Shown one piece after another: positions 9,127-17,755 of a stretch of 33,775 nucleotides of DNA. The position numbers were made by a program, and so were the translations under genes. The first letter of the stretch is position 1. Each line of letters opens with the position of its first letter. A model generated the notes under the pieces. That model made no database searches, had not been told where the DNA came from, and saw nothing but the letters and a program-made list of their open reading frames with translations. Source of the DNA: Candidatus Hydrogenedentota bacterium (GTDB lineage: Bacteria > Hydrogenedentota > Hydrogenedentia > Hydrogenedentales > SLHB01); contig JARKSN010000024.1 in the NCBI GenBank assembly GCA_029974275.1, positions 1 through 33,775 on the forward strand, given 5' to 3'.

Positions 9127-10545
9127 TCACTTTCGCATGGAAATCCAGAAGCGAACCCCCAGCATTGTCCGGCGCAACATGGTTGGCGTACGAGACCGCC
9201 ATAGCATGCGAGAAATATATCGGGGACGTAGATAAAAGCGCCGATAGGCGTGCTGAAGCATGCGGACCAAGGCGTCTGCATCGGCGTAGGTGTTTGGGAC
9301 ATAGGAGGGAGCCAGAAACTCGTTTTTCCACCCAAGGTATCTACCCTTGCTAAGGGCAAAGGCCTCGATGGGCGTGCCCGGCCATGGGTGAAAAGGGACG
9401 AAATTGGCGTAATCCGGACTCAGTTCGCAGGCAAAACGGACGGTTTCCTCGCTCATGGAAAGCGTTTCGGTGGGGAAACCGAGAATAAACGAGCCTCGGA
9501 CCTCCAGCCCTGCGGCGCGGGCATGGGCCATGGCCGCCCGGGCCATATCGAGCGTGATGCCTTTGTGAACGAGGTCCAGCAATTCCTGGCATCCCGATTC
9601 GAAACCGAAAAAGATATTGTAACAGCCGGACATGGCCATCCGCTGGAGCATCGGCTCCGTAACCGTGCTGACGCAACCCTGAACGGTCCAGGGGATCCCC
9701 GGCGCCTCGCGGTCCAGCAAATCGCAAAACTTTACTATCCACTGCGTGTCCACGCAAAAATTCTCGTCCCAAAACATGATCTCGCGAAACCCCTGTCCGT
9801 GAACCAACTCGCGGATTTCGTCGATGACGTTCTCCGGCGTGCGCCGCCGGTAAGGCGAAGCATAGCGCCCGCCTTGAAAGCAAAACGTGCATTTTCCATA
9901 GGGGCAGCCTCGCGAGGACAAAACGATGGCGGCGGGAGATCGGCGCCCTTGATTGGGCAAGGGGCGGTAGCTTCGCTGGTTGTAGATATGGCGCGCCGGC
10001 GGCAAAACCTGGTCGAGGATGCGGAGGGGCGGCAAAGGGGGCGTGGCGACGGCATTGCCGGCGGCGTCGCGGTAGACGAGTCCTGGAAGGGATGCATACT
10101 CGCGCCCATCGGCCAAGGCATTGACCAGTCCGGCGAAAGATCGCTCGGCTTCTCCCGGCACAAGCCAATCGATGGCGGAACAATCTTTCAGGATGTCCTG
10201 CCAAAAAGCGGTGACATGGGGGCCGCCCATGACAATGGGAAGAGCCGGCATTCGGGACTTCAGGGAGGCCGCGACGTCGTAGGCGGCGATGGCATGGTGG
10301 GTAAGACTGGTAATGCCCACGAGGTCCGGTTGATGCGCCAATACGGCCTCGGCCGTCTCGGCAATCGAGAGCGCTTCCGCCGCCGCATCGACCAGCATTG
10401 CCCGGTGCCCCTCTGCTTCGATGGAAGCGGCCAAATACCCCACGCCCAACGGTGGCAAAACGCCCTCCCGCATCCTGCGGCCGCTACCCCACGATGCGGA
10501 AACGTTATAGGGCGGAAAAACGAAGACCACCTTCATCGAGCGCAC
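9127..10545 (-). CDS. B12-binding domain radical SAM protein
   Basis: PPLGVGYLAA, MGGPHVT and GEAE (cobalamin-binding domain); SRGCPYGKCTFC Fe-S motif; FGFESG and FILGFPTET. Confidence 0.92.
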   Translation of the reverse strand: MRSMKVVFVFPPYNVSASWGSGRRMREGVLPPLGVGYLAASIEAEGHRAMLVDAAAEALSIAETAEAVLAHQPDLVGITSLTHHAIAAYDVAASLKSRMPALPIVMGGPHVTAFWQDILKDCSAIDWLVPGEAERSFAGLVNALADGREYASLPGLVYRDAAGNAVATPPLPPLRILDQVLPPARHIYNQRSYRPLPNQGRRSPAAIVLSSRGCPYGKCTFCFQGGRYASPYRRRTPENVIDEIRELVHGQGFREIMFWDENFCVDTQWIVKFCDLLDREAPGIPWTVQGCVSTVTEPMLQRMAMSGCYNIFFGFESGCQELLDLVHKGITLDMARAAMAHARAAGLEVRGSFILGFPTETLSMSEETVRFACELSPDYANFVPFHPWPGTPIEAFALSKGRYLGWKNEFLAPSYVPNTYADADALVRMLQHAYRRFYLRPRYISRMLWRSRTPTMLRRTMLGVRFWISMRK

Positions 10546-10557
10546 CGTCGCCTCTCC

Positions 10558-13452
10558 TTATTCGCGCGGCGGCAGAACAATGGGCGGAACCTCCATTGAG
10601 GACTCGCCCACGAGCAGGTCTTGCCGGACGCGGGGCGCGCGGTCGGCATTCGCATTGGCCTCGAGAGCGGCAGGACTGGCTGGATCGAAATCCAACACGG
10701 CCACCTCGAGCAGATATTTCCCAGGCCGGACATTGCGGATATGATACGATCCGTCCGGCCCCGCAATGGCCTTGCCTCCGAGAAAACGGGCCTGTTCGAC
10801 AGCCTGTTCGAGGTTCCCGGGCCGCACTTGCTCGGGCAGTTTCCCGCCGGGCATGCGCACGGTAACGGCGATGAGCTGTCCCTTTTCGCCGCCCATGACA
10901 ACCCCGGACACATCCACGCCCCGTTGCGCTTGCGTCTCGTCGAAATAGGAGGTTTGTCCATCAAACACATCCAGCACCTGGGTCGGGGCCGCCGCCGCCG
11001 CTCGGGATCCCTCTCGCGCTACGCGCGCCACATCCACGGTCTGGATCATGTATGCCCCGGCGGGCACGCGATCCATCCGGAACTTGCCTTCCTCATCGGG
11101 CGCCGCTACGTAGACCCCTCCGGGACCGACGCATTGCACCGCCACCCCTCCCTTCGCGCCGCCGGCCATGCTGCACTGTCCAACAATGGAGCCGCCTAGC
11201 GCCATCCCCACTCGGAATCCTGCTATGTCCTTTCCCGGCATGACCACCGTGCCCCGCAGTTGCGTTCGGGCATATTCGTCGTGGGAAGCGACCAGCATGT
11301 AGACGCCGGGCACGACATTCGCCATCGAGAACGCGCCGGAAGCGTCGGTCACGCCGCTTGCTTCGCTCGTTGCCTGACCCGGTTTCGTCTGTCGCAGGAG
11401 ATCGGCCATCTCGTTTGGGCTCTGCCGGAACAGAGCGATCGAAACGCCTCCTATCGGCTGTCCCAGGGGGCCAATGACCACGCCCGCAAAGGCGGGGTTC
11501 GCCTTCAGGACAATCCGCACATCGTCGCGCTGAACGCCCGGGGTTATCGTCACCGGTTCGGAGGAGGCGCTGCCGTGGTTTTTGTCCCGCACCTCGACCG
11601 TATAGGTTCCCGCAGGAACGTTCTGGAACTCGAAATGCCCTTCGACCTTGCTTTGAGTTTCTGGCTTTGTAGCAAACATGACCGGAAAGGCCTGGTCGTC
11701 GGACGCGGCCAGAAAAACGGTCACGCCCGCCACGCCGGCTCCCTTTTCGTCGAACACGCCGCCCGCAAGTCGATTGGGAGGAATGAGCTGGAGCGTGACC
11801 TCTTCGCCTACCTCCACTTTCTGCTGAACGGCAACGCCCACATGGCTCGACACGACCAGGTCATAGTGGCGCGGGCCTTCGAGTTTTTCGAAAACAAATC
11901 GTCCATCGGGCCCGGTCATCGCGCGGAGCGTGCGCATGGCGGGCGAACCGGCAGGTCCTGCTTCGATAGCAAGATCAGGCGCGGGAACGCCGCTGGGATC
12001 GATGACGACGCCGGTTATGGAGGTGGAGCGCTTTTTCGCCGTAAGAACAAGGCCTTCGATTTTCGACGTCCCATCGGCTTCGACGTAGACGATGCTGTCG
12101 CGTCCGGCCATGTTCTGGGCGTTGGCCTGCTGGACGGCATACCGGCCTGCGTCTATGCCGGCGAACATAAACGCTCCCTCGGGAGACGTTATCGTGGTCT
12201 TGGGGCCCGTTTGAGCCTCCGAAATCCAGGGACGCAGTTGCGGCTGCAGCAGAAGCGTAACGCCGCCTGCCGGCGCGCCGTCCTCGTACTGGGCCTGACC
12301 GCTCACGGTCGTGCCCGCGCCCAAGGCCACCTCCACATGGGGCGGTTCGGCGCCGCGCGCCACGCGAAAAACAGCGCTGGCGGCGTCAATCTGTCCCGGT
12401 TTGGAGACATACAGACGAAACGGCGCGTCCCATTCCAGGCCGTCCACGCGGAACCGTCCCTGTTCGTCGGTCGTCGCGGTCAACGGCGCATAGGCGCGCA
12501 CGTCCAGCAACCGGATCGCGGCGGCATCCATCTCCATCCACTGCGCGGGCATGGGCTCAACACGCGCCCCTGCAACCGCCGCGCCCGATGCGTCATGAAC
12601 CGTTCCCTGCACGCTCGCCCCAAGCTCCAGCGAAATGTTCACGCCGGACCGGTCCTCTTTGTCCGCCAACTCGAGGAGAGATGCCTCCTTGCGGAGCGGC
12701 AGGTATCCCTGATCTCGGGCAAGCGCATCGAGCCGACAAGGACCTGCCGGCAAGCCATCGATCGCATACGCGCCGTCCGGTCCGGTGACAGCCTGCCCCA
12801 AAAGCTCGGCGCCCCCCGCCGCATCTACAGGCATTGCCGCGATCCTCACGCCTCCTATGGGCGCGTTCGACACGGAATCCGTCACGGTCCCCGACACCCG
12901 GGCTCCCCGGGAAAGCACAAAGTCGATCGGCATGTCCACGGATTGACCCGGCGTCAGCGGCAACTGCGACGGGATATACCCCGGTGCGCGGCAGGTCAAA
13001 AGATAATCTTCGTCTATCGTTACAACAAGGGCATACTTGCCCAACGCATCGGTGTGGGTCTCGAAGGACGCCGGAGACGATCCGCCGGAGGAATCGTCCG
13101 GGGGGACGGAGGGACGTTCGCGTCCCGCCCGCAACACGGCGTTGGCGATGGGGGCCTGGCCCGCCTCGTCGGTCACGACACCGTGAATGGCGCTCTCCGG
13201 AACCGCTGTCGAGGAATCTTCCCCGGTAGACGTCTCGGCCGCCTCTGCCGGAGGAGCCGGCGGTTCCAGGGGCGGGGCGGAGGGCTCCGGCGCCGACGCG
13301 GGGACGTCCTCGATGCCGACCGGGGCGCGTTCCGCGCCCATCGATTCCGGCGGCGCAACCGGTCCTGGGCCGCGCCCCGAGGCCAACCACCACGCGCCCG
13401 CCGCCATCGCAACGGCAACGGCTATCCCGGCCAACCATCCCGCAAACCGCAT
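10558..13452 (-). CDS. Membrane-anchored protein with repeated carboxypeptidase-regulatory-like (transthyretin-like) domains
   Basis: N-terminal TM anchor, Pro-rich linker and repeated G.V.D..G.P..G..V / TD..G.F....L..G.Y units. SD GGAGGAG before ATG 13452. Confidence 0.8.
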   Translation of the reverse strand: MRFAGWLAGIAVAVAMAAGAWWLASGRGPGPVAPPESMGAERAPVGIEDVPASAPEPSAPPLEPPAPPAEAAETSTGEDSSTAVPESAIHGVVTDEAGQAPIANAVLRAGRERPSVPPDDSSGGSSPASFETHTDALGKYALVVTIDEDYLLTCRAPGYIPSQLPLTPGQSVDMPIDFVLSRGARVSGTVTDSVSNAPIGGVRIAAMPVDAAGGAELLGQAVTGPDGAYAIDGLPAGPCRLDALARDQGYLPLRKEASLLELADKEDRSGVNISLELGASVQGTVHDASGAAVAGARVEPMPAQWMEMDAAAIRLLDVRAYAPLTATTDEQGRFRVDGLEWDAPFRLYVSKPGQIDAASAVFRVARGAEPPHVEVALGAGTTVSGQAQYEDGAPAGGVTLLLQPQLRPWISEAQTGPKTTITSPEGAFMFAGIDAGRYAVQQANAQNMAGRDSIVYVEADGTSKIEGLVLTAKKRSTSITGVVIDPSGVPAPDLAIEAGPAGSPAMRTLRAMTGPDGRFVFEKLEGPRHYDLVVSSHVGVAVQQKVEVGEEVTLQLIPPNRLAGGVFDEKGAGVAGVTVFLAASDDQAFPVMFATKPETQSKVEGHFEFQNVPAGTYTVEVRDKNHGSASSEPVTITPGVQRDDVRIVLKANPAFAGVVIGPLGQPIGGVSIALFRQSPNEMADLLRQTKPGQATSEASGVTDASGAFSMANVVPGVYMLVASHDEYARTQLRGTVVMPGKDIAGFRVGMALGGSIVGQCSMAGGAKGGVAVQCVGPGGVYVAAPDEEGKFRMDRVPAGAYMIQTVDVARVAREGSRAAAAAPTQVLDVFDGQTSYFDETQAQRGVDVSGVVMGGEKGQLIAVTVRMPGGKLPEQVRPGNLEQAVEQARFLGGKAIAGPDGSYHIRNVRPGKYLLEVAVLDFDPASPAALEANANADRAPRVRQDLLVGESSMEVPPIVLPPRE

Positions 13453-13696
13453 GCGCCACTCCTCCCCATGTCCGCTCCCGTCAGACAAACGCCAGAAAAC
13501 CAATCTCCGCAGCCACTGCCGCGACGCATCCCGGCGGCAACGCGGTCCGGCGAACCGATAGCCCATTCTCCGTCAGGCGACCGAAACTCTGCGATCGCTT
13601 CATGCGCATGACGGGTAGCGCCCTTGCATACAAGGCACTACCCTACCACAATCCCGTCCACGCGGCATACTTCTCACGACGCGGCGCGGCCGGAAA

Positions 13697-13740
13697 CGGA
13701 ACGTCCCGGCGACGCACGGAGGCGTTGCCGGGACGTTCCG
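13697..13740. terminator. Long GC-rich hairpin downstream of flaG
   Basis: CGGAACGTCCCGGCGACGC-acggag-GCGTTGCCGGGACGTTCCG. No clear U-tract, so it may be a terminator or a stabilizer. Confidence 0.5.
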
Positions 13741-13777
13741 GGAAGCGCCCGGGAAACAGGGTCCCGAGCGCGCACCG

Positions 13778-14146
13778 TCATGCTTTTTGGTCGAACAGCA
13801 ATCCCTGCACTTCTCGCGATTTCGCAACGATGTCTAGGAGTTCTTCGGGCGGGACCTGTCGAATCACTTCGTTGTTCCCGTCGAGTATCTGCGCCACGAT
13901 CCGCTTGGTTTCAGGGTCCACATGAATCCGAGTCGAGCGAATTTCGGGGACATTCGCCCGTTTTTCGTCTCGGAATAACGCATACCGTTCGGCCTTGTTG
14001 TTACTATCGGGCTCGAGCCCTCCCCGTTGGGGCTGCTGCGAATCCCTGGATACCGTTTGTGTATCACGCTGGGGACGCGGAGCCCGAGCCGACGACACAA
14101 GGGGCGCTTGCTGCGGCCCTTGTCCATTCACGCTCTGCACTCCCAT
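13778..14146 (-). CDS. flaG: FlaG-family flagellar protein
   Basis: C-terminal IVAQILD...EVIRQVPPEELL...GLLFD signature; directly downstream of flagellin. Confidence 0.9.
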   Translation of the reverse strand: MGVQSVNGQGPQQAPLVSSARAPRPQRDTQTVSRDSQQPQRGGLEPDSNNKAERYALFRDEKRANVPEIRSTRIHVDPETKRIVAQILDGNNEVIRQVPPEELLDIVAKSREVQGLLFDQKA

Positions 14147-14176
14147 TTGACGTCTCCCGTATCGTCACGAACGCGG

Positions 14177-14992
14177 TTAGCGAAGCAATTGCAACGCGGT
14201 TTGCGGAATGACGTTGGCCTGCGCCAGCACGGTCGTGCCCGCGCTCACCAAAATCTGGTTCCGCGTGAAATCAATCGTTTCCTTCGCGATGTCCGCATCG
14301 CGAATCGCGCTCTGCGCCGACGTCGAGTTTTCCTCTTGAATCGCCAGCGTGTTGATGGTGAATTCCAAACGGTTCTGGATCGCGCCCAGGCGGCTGCGCA
14401 GCGTGCTGACCGACGCCAGCGCGCTGTCCGCCAGACCGATCGCCGTCACCGCGTTCGCCATGCTCGACACCGTCAACGCGGTGATGCCCAGGTCGGTCGT
14501 GCCCGCGCCTGCCATGTTCACGAGCATGGTCTGGCCCATTTGGGCTCCGGCCTGCAACGTGATCGTCTGCGCGGCGCTGAGCACGCGCGTCCCGTTGAAC
14601 TCGGTGTTGGTGGCGATGTTGTCGATCTGCTGCAACAACTGCTGCACTTCGACGTCGACCGAACCGCGGTTTGCGGCGGACATGGTGCCGTTGGCGGCCT
14701 GGACCGCCAATTCGCGGATGCGCTGCAAGATGTTCGCCGTCTCGCTCAACGCGCCTTCGGCTGTTTGCACCAGGCTCACGCCGTCCTGCGCGTTGCGCTG
14801 CGACACTTGCACGCCGCGCACAATCGCCCGGAACCCGTCGGCGATGGCAAGGCCCGCCGCGTCGTCCGCCGCGCGGTTGATGCGCAGCCCGCTCGACAGC
14901 TTCTCCAAGGTCTTGTTCAAGGCGGACGTGCTGCGACCCAGCACGCGCGCGGCGTTCGTCGCCGCGACGTTCGTGTTAATGCGAAGTCCCAT
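14177..14992 (-). CDS. fliC: Flagellin (271 aa, copy B)
   Basis: MGLRINTN, LSSGLRINRAADDAAGLAI, RSRLGAIQNRLE, IRDADIAKE, LAQAN; SD AAGGAGG. Confidence 0.97.
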   Translation of the reverse strand: MGLRINTNVAATNAARVLGRSTSALNKTLEKLSSGLRINRAADDAAGLAIADGFRAIVRGVQVSQRNAQDGVSLVQTAEGALSETANILQRIRELAVQAANGTMSAANRGSVDVEVQQLLQQIDNIATNTEFNGTRVLSAAQTITLQAGAQMGQTMLVNMAGAGTTDLGITALTVSSMANAVTAIGLADSALASVSTLRSRLGAIQNRLEFTINTLAIQEENSTSAQSAIRDADIAKETIDFTRNQILVSAGTTVLAQANVIPQTALQLLR

Positions 14993-15239
14993 AGTCTATA
15001 CCTCCTTGCGGGCATATTGTGGGCATCCCTACTCCACTGCCCGATAGGCCCCCCCGATGTCGCCGCCTCGGGGTTCCCGGCCTGCGTTGTTTTCGGCGTC
15101 ATGACTGCACGACGCGGCGGAAGCGGAGTGCGGCGATTCTTCCCGCTTGCCGGCGTCCCGCAGACGCTGTTTCTCACCTCCCTTCTGCGTGTATGAGGCC
15201 TTCCGGGCGCATATCCCGGCCAAGACCGTTATGGATTAC

Positions 15240-15267
15240 GGCCCGCCGCGGCATTTCGCGGCGGGCC
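15240..15267. terminator. Hairpin immediately after flagellin copy A
   Basis: GGCCCGCCGCG-gcattt-CGCGGCGGGCC, 11-bp perfect stem. No U-tract in the flagellin direction. Confidence 0.55.
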
Positions 15268-15281
15268 GGTTTTGCGCACGG

Positions 15282-16097
15282 TTATTGCAATAAACGCAAC
15301 GCGGTTTGCGGCACCACGTTGGCCTGCGCCAGCACGGTCGTGCCCGCGCTCACCAAAATCTGGTTCCGCGTGAAATCAATCGTTTCCTTCGCGATGTCCG
15401 CATCGCGAATCGCGCTTTCCGCCGCCGAGGAGTTTTCCTCTTGAATCGCCAGCGTGTTGATGGTGAATTCCAAACGGTTCTGGATCGCGCCCAGGCGGCT
15501 GCGCAGCGTGCTGACCGACGCCAACGCGCTGTCCGCCAAACCGATCGCCGACACCGCGCTCAACATGCTCGACACCGTCAACGCGGTGATGCCCAGGTCG
15601 GTCGTGCCCGCGCCCGCCACGTTCACGAGCAGGGTCTGGCCCATTTGGGCTCCGGCCTGCAGCGTGATCGTCTGCGAGGCGCTGAGCACGCGCGTCCCGT
15701 TGAATTCGGTGTTGGTGGCGATGTTGTCGATCTGCTGCAACAACTGCTGCACTTCGACGTCGATCGATGCGCGATTGGCGCTGGTCTGCGTGCCGTTGGC
15801 GGACTGGACCGCCAATTCGCGGATGCGCTGCAAGATGTTCGCCGTCTCGCTCAACGCGCCTTCGGCCGTTTGCACCAGGCTCACGCCGTCCTGCGCGTTG
15901 CGCTGCGACACTTGCACGCCGCGCACAATCGACTGGAAGTTGTCGGCGATCGCAAGGCCGGCGGCGTCGTCGCGCGCGCGGTTAATGCGAAGGCCGCTGG
16001 ACAGCCGTTCGAGGGATCTGTTCAAGGAGTTGGTGCTCCTCGCCAGAACCCGGCCTGCGTTCAGTGCGGCAATGTTGGTGTTGATGCGTAGTCCCAT
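15282..16097 (-). CDS. fliC: Flagellin (271 aa, copy A)
   Basis: Same flagellin motifs. True start is ATG 16097 (SD GGAGGA), giving the same 816-nt length as copy B. Confidence 0.97.
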   Translation of the reverse strand: MGLRINTNIAALNAGRVLARSTNSLNRSLERLSSGLRINRARDDAAGLAIADNFQSIVRGVQVSQRNAQDGVSLVQTAEGALSETANILQRIRELAVQSANGTQTSANRASIDVEVQQLLQQIDNIATNTEFNGTRVLSASQTITLQAGAQMGQTLLVNVAGAGTTDLGITALTVSSMLSAVSAIGLADSALASVSTLRSRLGAIQNRLEFTINTLAIQEENSSAAESAIRDADIAKETIDFTRNQILVSAGTTVLAQANVVPQTALRLLQ

Positions 16098-16528
16098 GGC
16101 AATATCCTCCGTGCGTTCTTGGCTCTGCGCTTCCGTGCGCGATTGCCACCCCTGGGTCTGGCCGGCATCCGTTGCCACGGACATGACATGTCCGCAGAAC
16201 GCACGCCGACGAGCGCATATCCGGCAGGACCCCTCCTGCAGGACATGCGCCAAAAAAACGACGCAAACGGCATACGCGGAGATTGACGCTTCGGAAGGAG
16301 CGAGGGCGAGAAAGCCAAAAGGCCGGGAAGCTTGGCCGCCTTAGAGGAAACATTCCTTGCCAAAGGAGGAAAAACCGCGTCCGCCGCGATTCAACTGTGG
16401 CGAGGACCACTCAGGTCCGCTCGGTGCGCGTCGATATGCCGCCACCGCCCATCCTCCTTGATGTGCTAGCCCTTGGCATCCATGCGTTGGGCGTTCGTGA
16501 CCAACCCCATTACGAGCTGTCTCTGGAA

Positions 16529-16555
16529 ATATCGGCAACTTTAGCCAAAACTTTA
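16529..16555 (-). promoter_or_regulatory. sigma28 (FliA/SigD) promoter of the flagellin operon
   Basis: Minus strand TAAA-N15-GCCGATAT, matching the TAAA-N15-GCCGATAA consensus upstream of flagellin. Confidence 0.88.
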
Positions 16556-16867
16556 GGGGTGCGGTAAAAAAATATTTTTGCGGGGCTGAGAAGCTTTTCT
16601 GGAGGCTCGCGCCGATAAATATCCTAAAATGCAGAAATCTGTGCGCTACCATATAAAACGCCCACAAGTGGCGCCGGAAGGAGGTTCTCGCGCTCTTTTG
16701 TGTCCCGGGGAGAGATTGTATATCGTTCCTGTGTCGAAGCATGGAAGAGACGTTTGGGAGATGGCGCGTCCGGCCCGGCTGGAAGGCAAATCCGCGTTCC
16801 AGGGGGAACAACACAGGAATGGGGGCGGCGCTTTCACGCGGTTTCGTCAAGGAATGAAGGAGCGGAC

Positions 16868-17695
16868 ATGAGCACCTCGCACAGCGGCATTCCTCGCGCA
16901 CTGACGATTGCCGGGAGCGATTCCGGCGGCGGGGCGGGCATTCAGGCGGATATCAAGACTTTTTCGGCGTTTGGCGTATACGGAATGTCGGCGATCACGT
17001 CGGTGACCGCACAGAACACCGTGCGCGTGGCGGGAACGCATGATCTGCCCCCGGCGTTCGTGGCGGAACAAATCGACATGGTCGCGCAGGACATGGGCGT
17101 CGACGCCGCGAAGACCGGCATGCTGTCGAACGCGGCGATCGTCGAGGCCGTCGCGGCCAGCATCGTTCGCAACCGCATTGAAAACGTGGTCGTTGATCCC
17201 GTGATGATCGCCAAAAGCGGGGCTGCCCTCTTGCACGCGTCCGCCCGGGACGCATTGCGCACGTTGCTGTTGCCGCTGGCGCTTATCGTGACGCCGAACG
17301 TTCCCGAAGCGGAAGTTTTGACGGGTTTGCGCATCGCGACGTTCGATGACATGCGCCGCGCCGCGGCGTCGGTGCATGCATTCGGCCCGCGCTATGTGCT
17401 CATGAAGGGCGGCCATCTTGACGCCGAAGACGCCTGCGACGTTTTGTTTGACGGCGAGACGTCGGTCGTATTTCGCGCGCCGCGCATTGACACGCCGAAC
17501 ACGCACGGCACCGGTTGCACGTACTCCGCCGCGATCACGGCCTGTCTTGCCCAGGGGCTTGACGCGCCCGCAGCGGTTCGCCGCGCAAAGGAATATCTCA
17601 CCGAAGCCATTCGCCGGGCGCTTCCGCTCGGTCATGGCCACGGCCCTCTCAACCACCTGTGGTCCAACGCTTCGTTGAGGCGTGAGGGACGATAG
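16868..17695 (+). CDS. thiD: Hydroxymethylpyrimidine/phosphomethylpyrimidine kinase
   Basis: LTIAGSDSGGGAGIQADIKT, VTAQNT, KTGML, VVDPVM, TPNVPEA, KGGH, THGTGCT. SD AAGGAG before ATG 16868. Confidence 0.96.
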   Translation: MSTSHSGIPRALTIAGSDSGGGAGIQADIKTFSAFGVYGMSAITSVTAQNTVRVAGTHDLPPAFVAEQIDMVAQDMGVDAAKTGMLSNAAIVEAVAASIVRNRIENVVVDPVMIAKSGAALLHASARDALRTLLLPLALIVTPNVPEAEVLTGLRIATFDDMRRAAASVHAFGPRYVLMKGGHLDAEDACDVLFDGETSVVFRAPRIDTPNTHGTGCTYSAAITACLAQGLDAPAAVRRAKEYLTEAIRRALPLGHGHGPLNHLWSNASLRREGR

Positions 17696-17755
17696 AATCC
17701 GTTGGGCACAATGACGGTATAATCGCGCGCGTCAACCGGAGGAGGAAGCGACACG

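Noticed and set aside
16557..16660. TPP riboswitch upstream of thiD
   Set aside because: GGGGTGC and CTGAGA are present but the ACCC, ACCTGA and GCGNAGG elements of the 3' half are missing.
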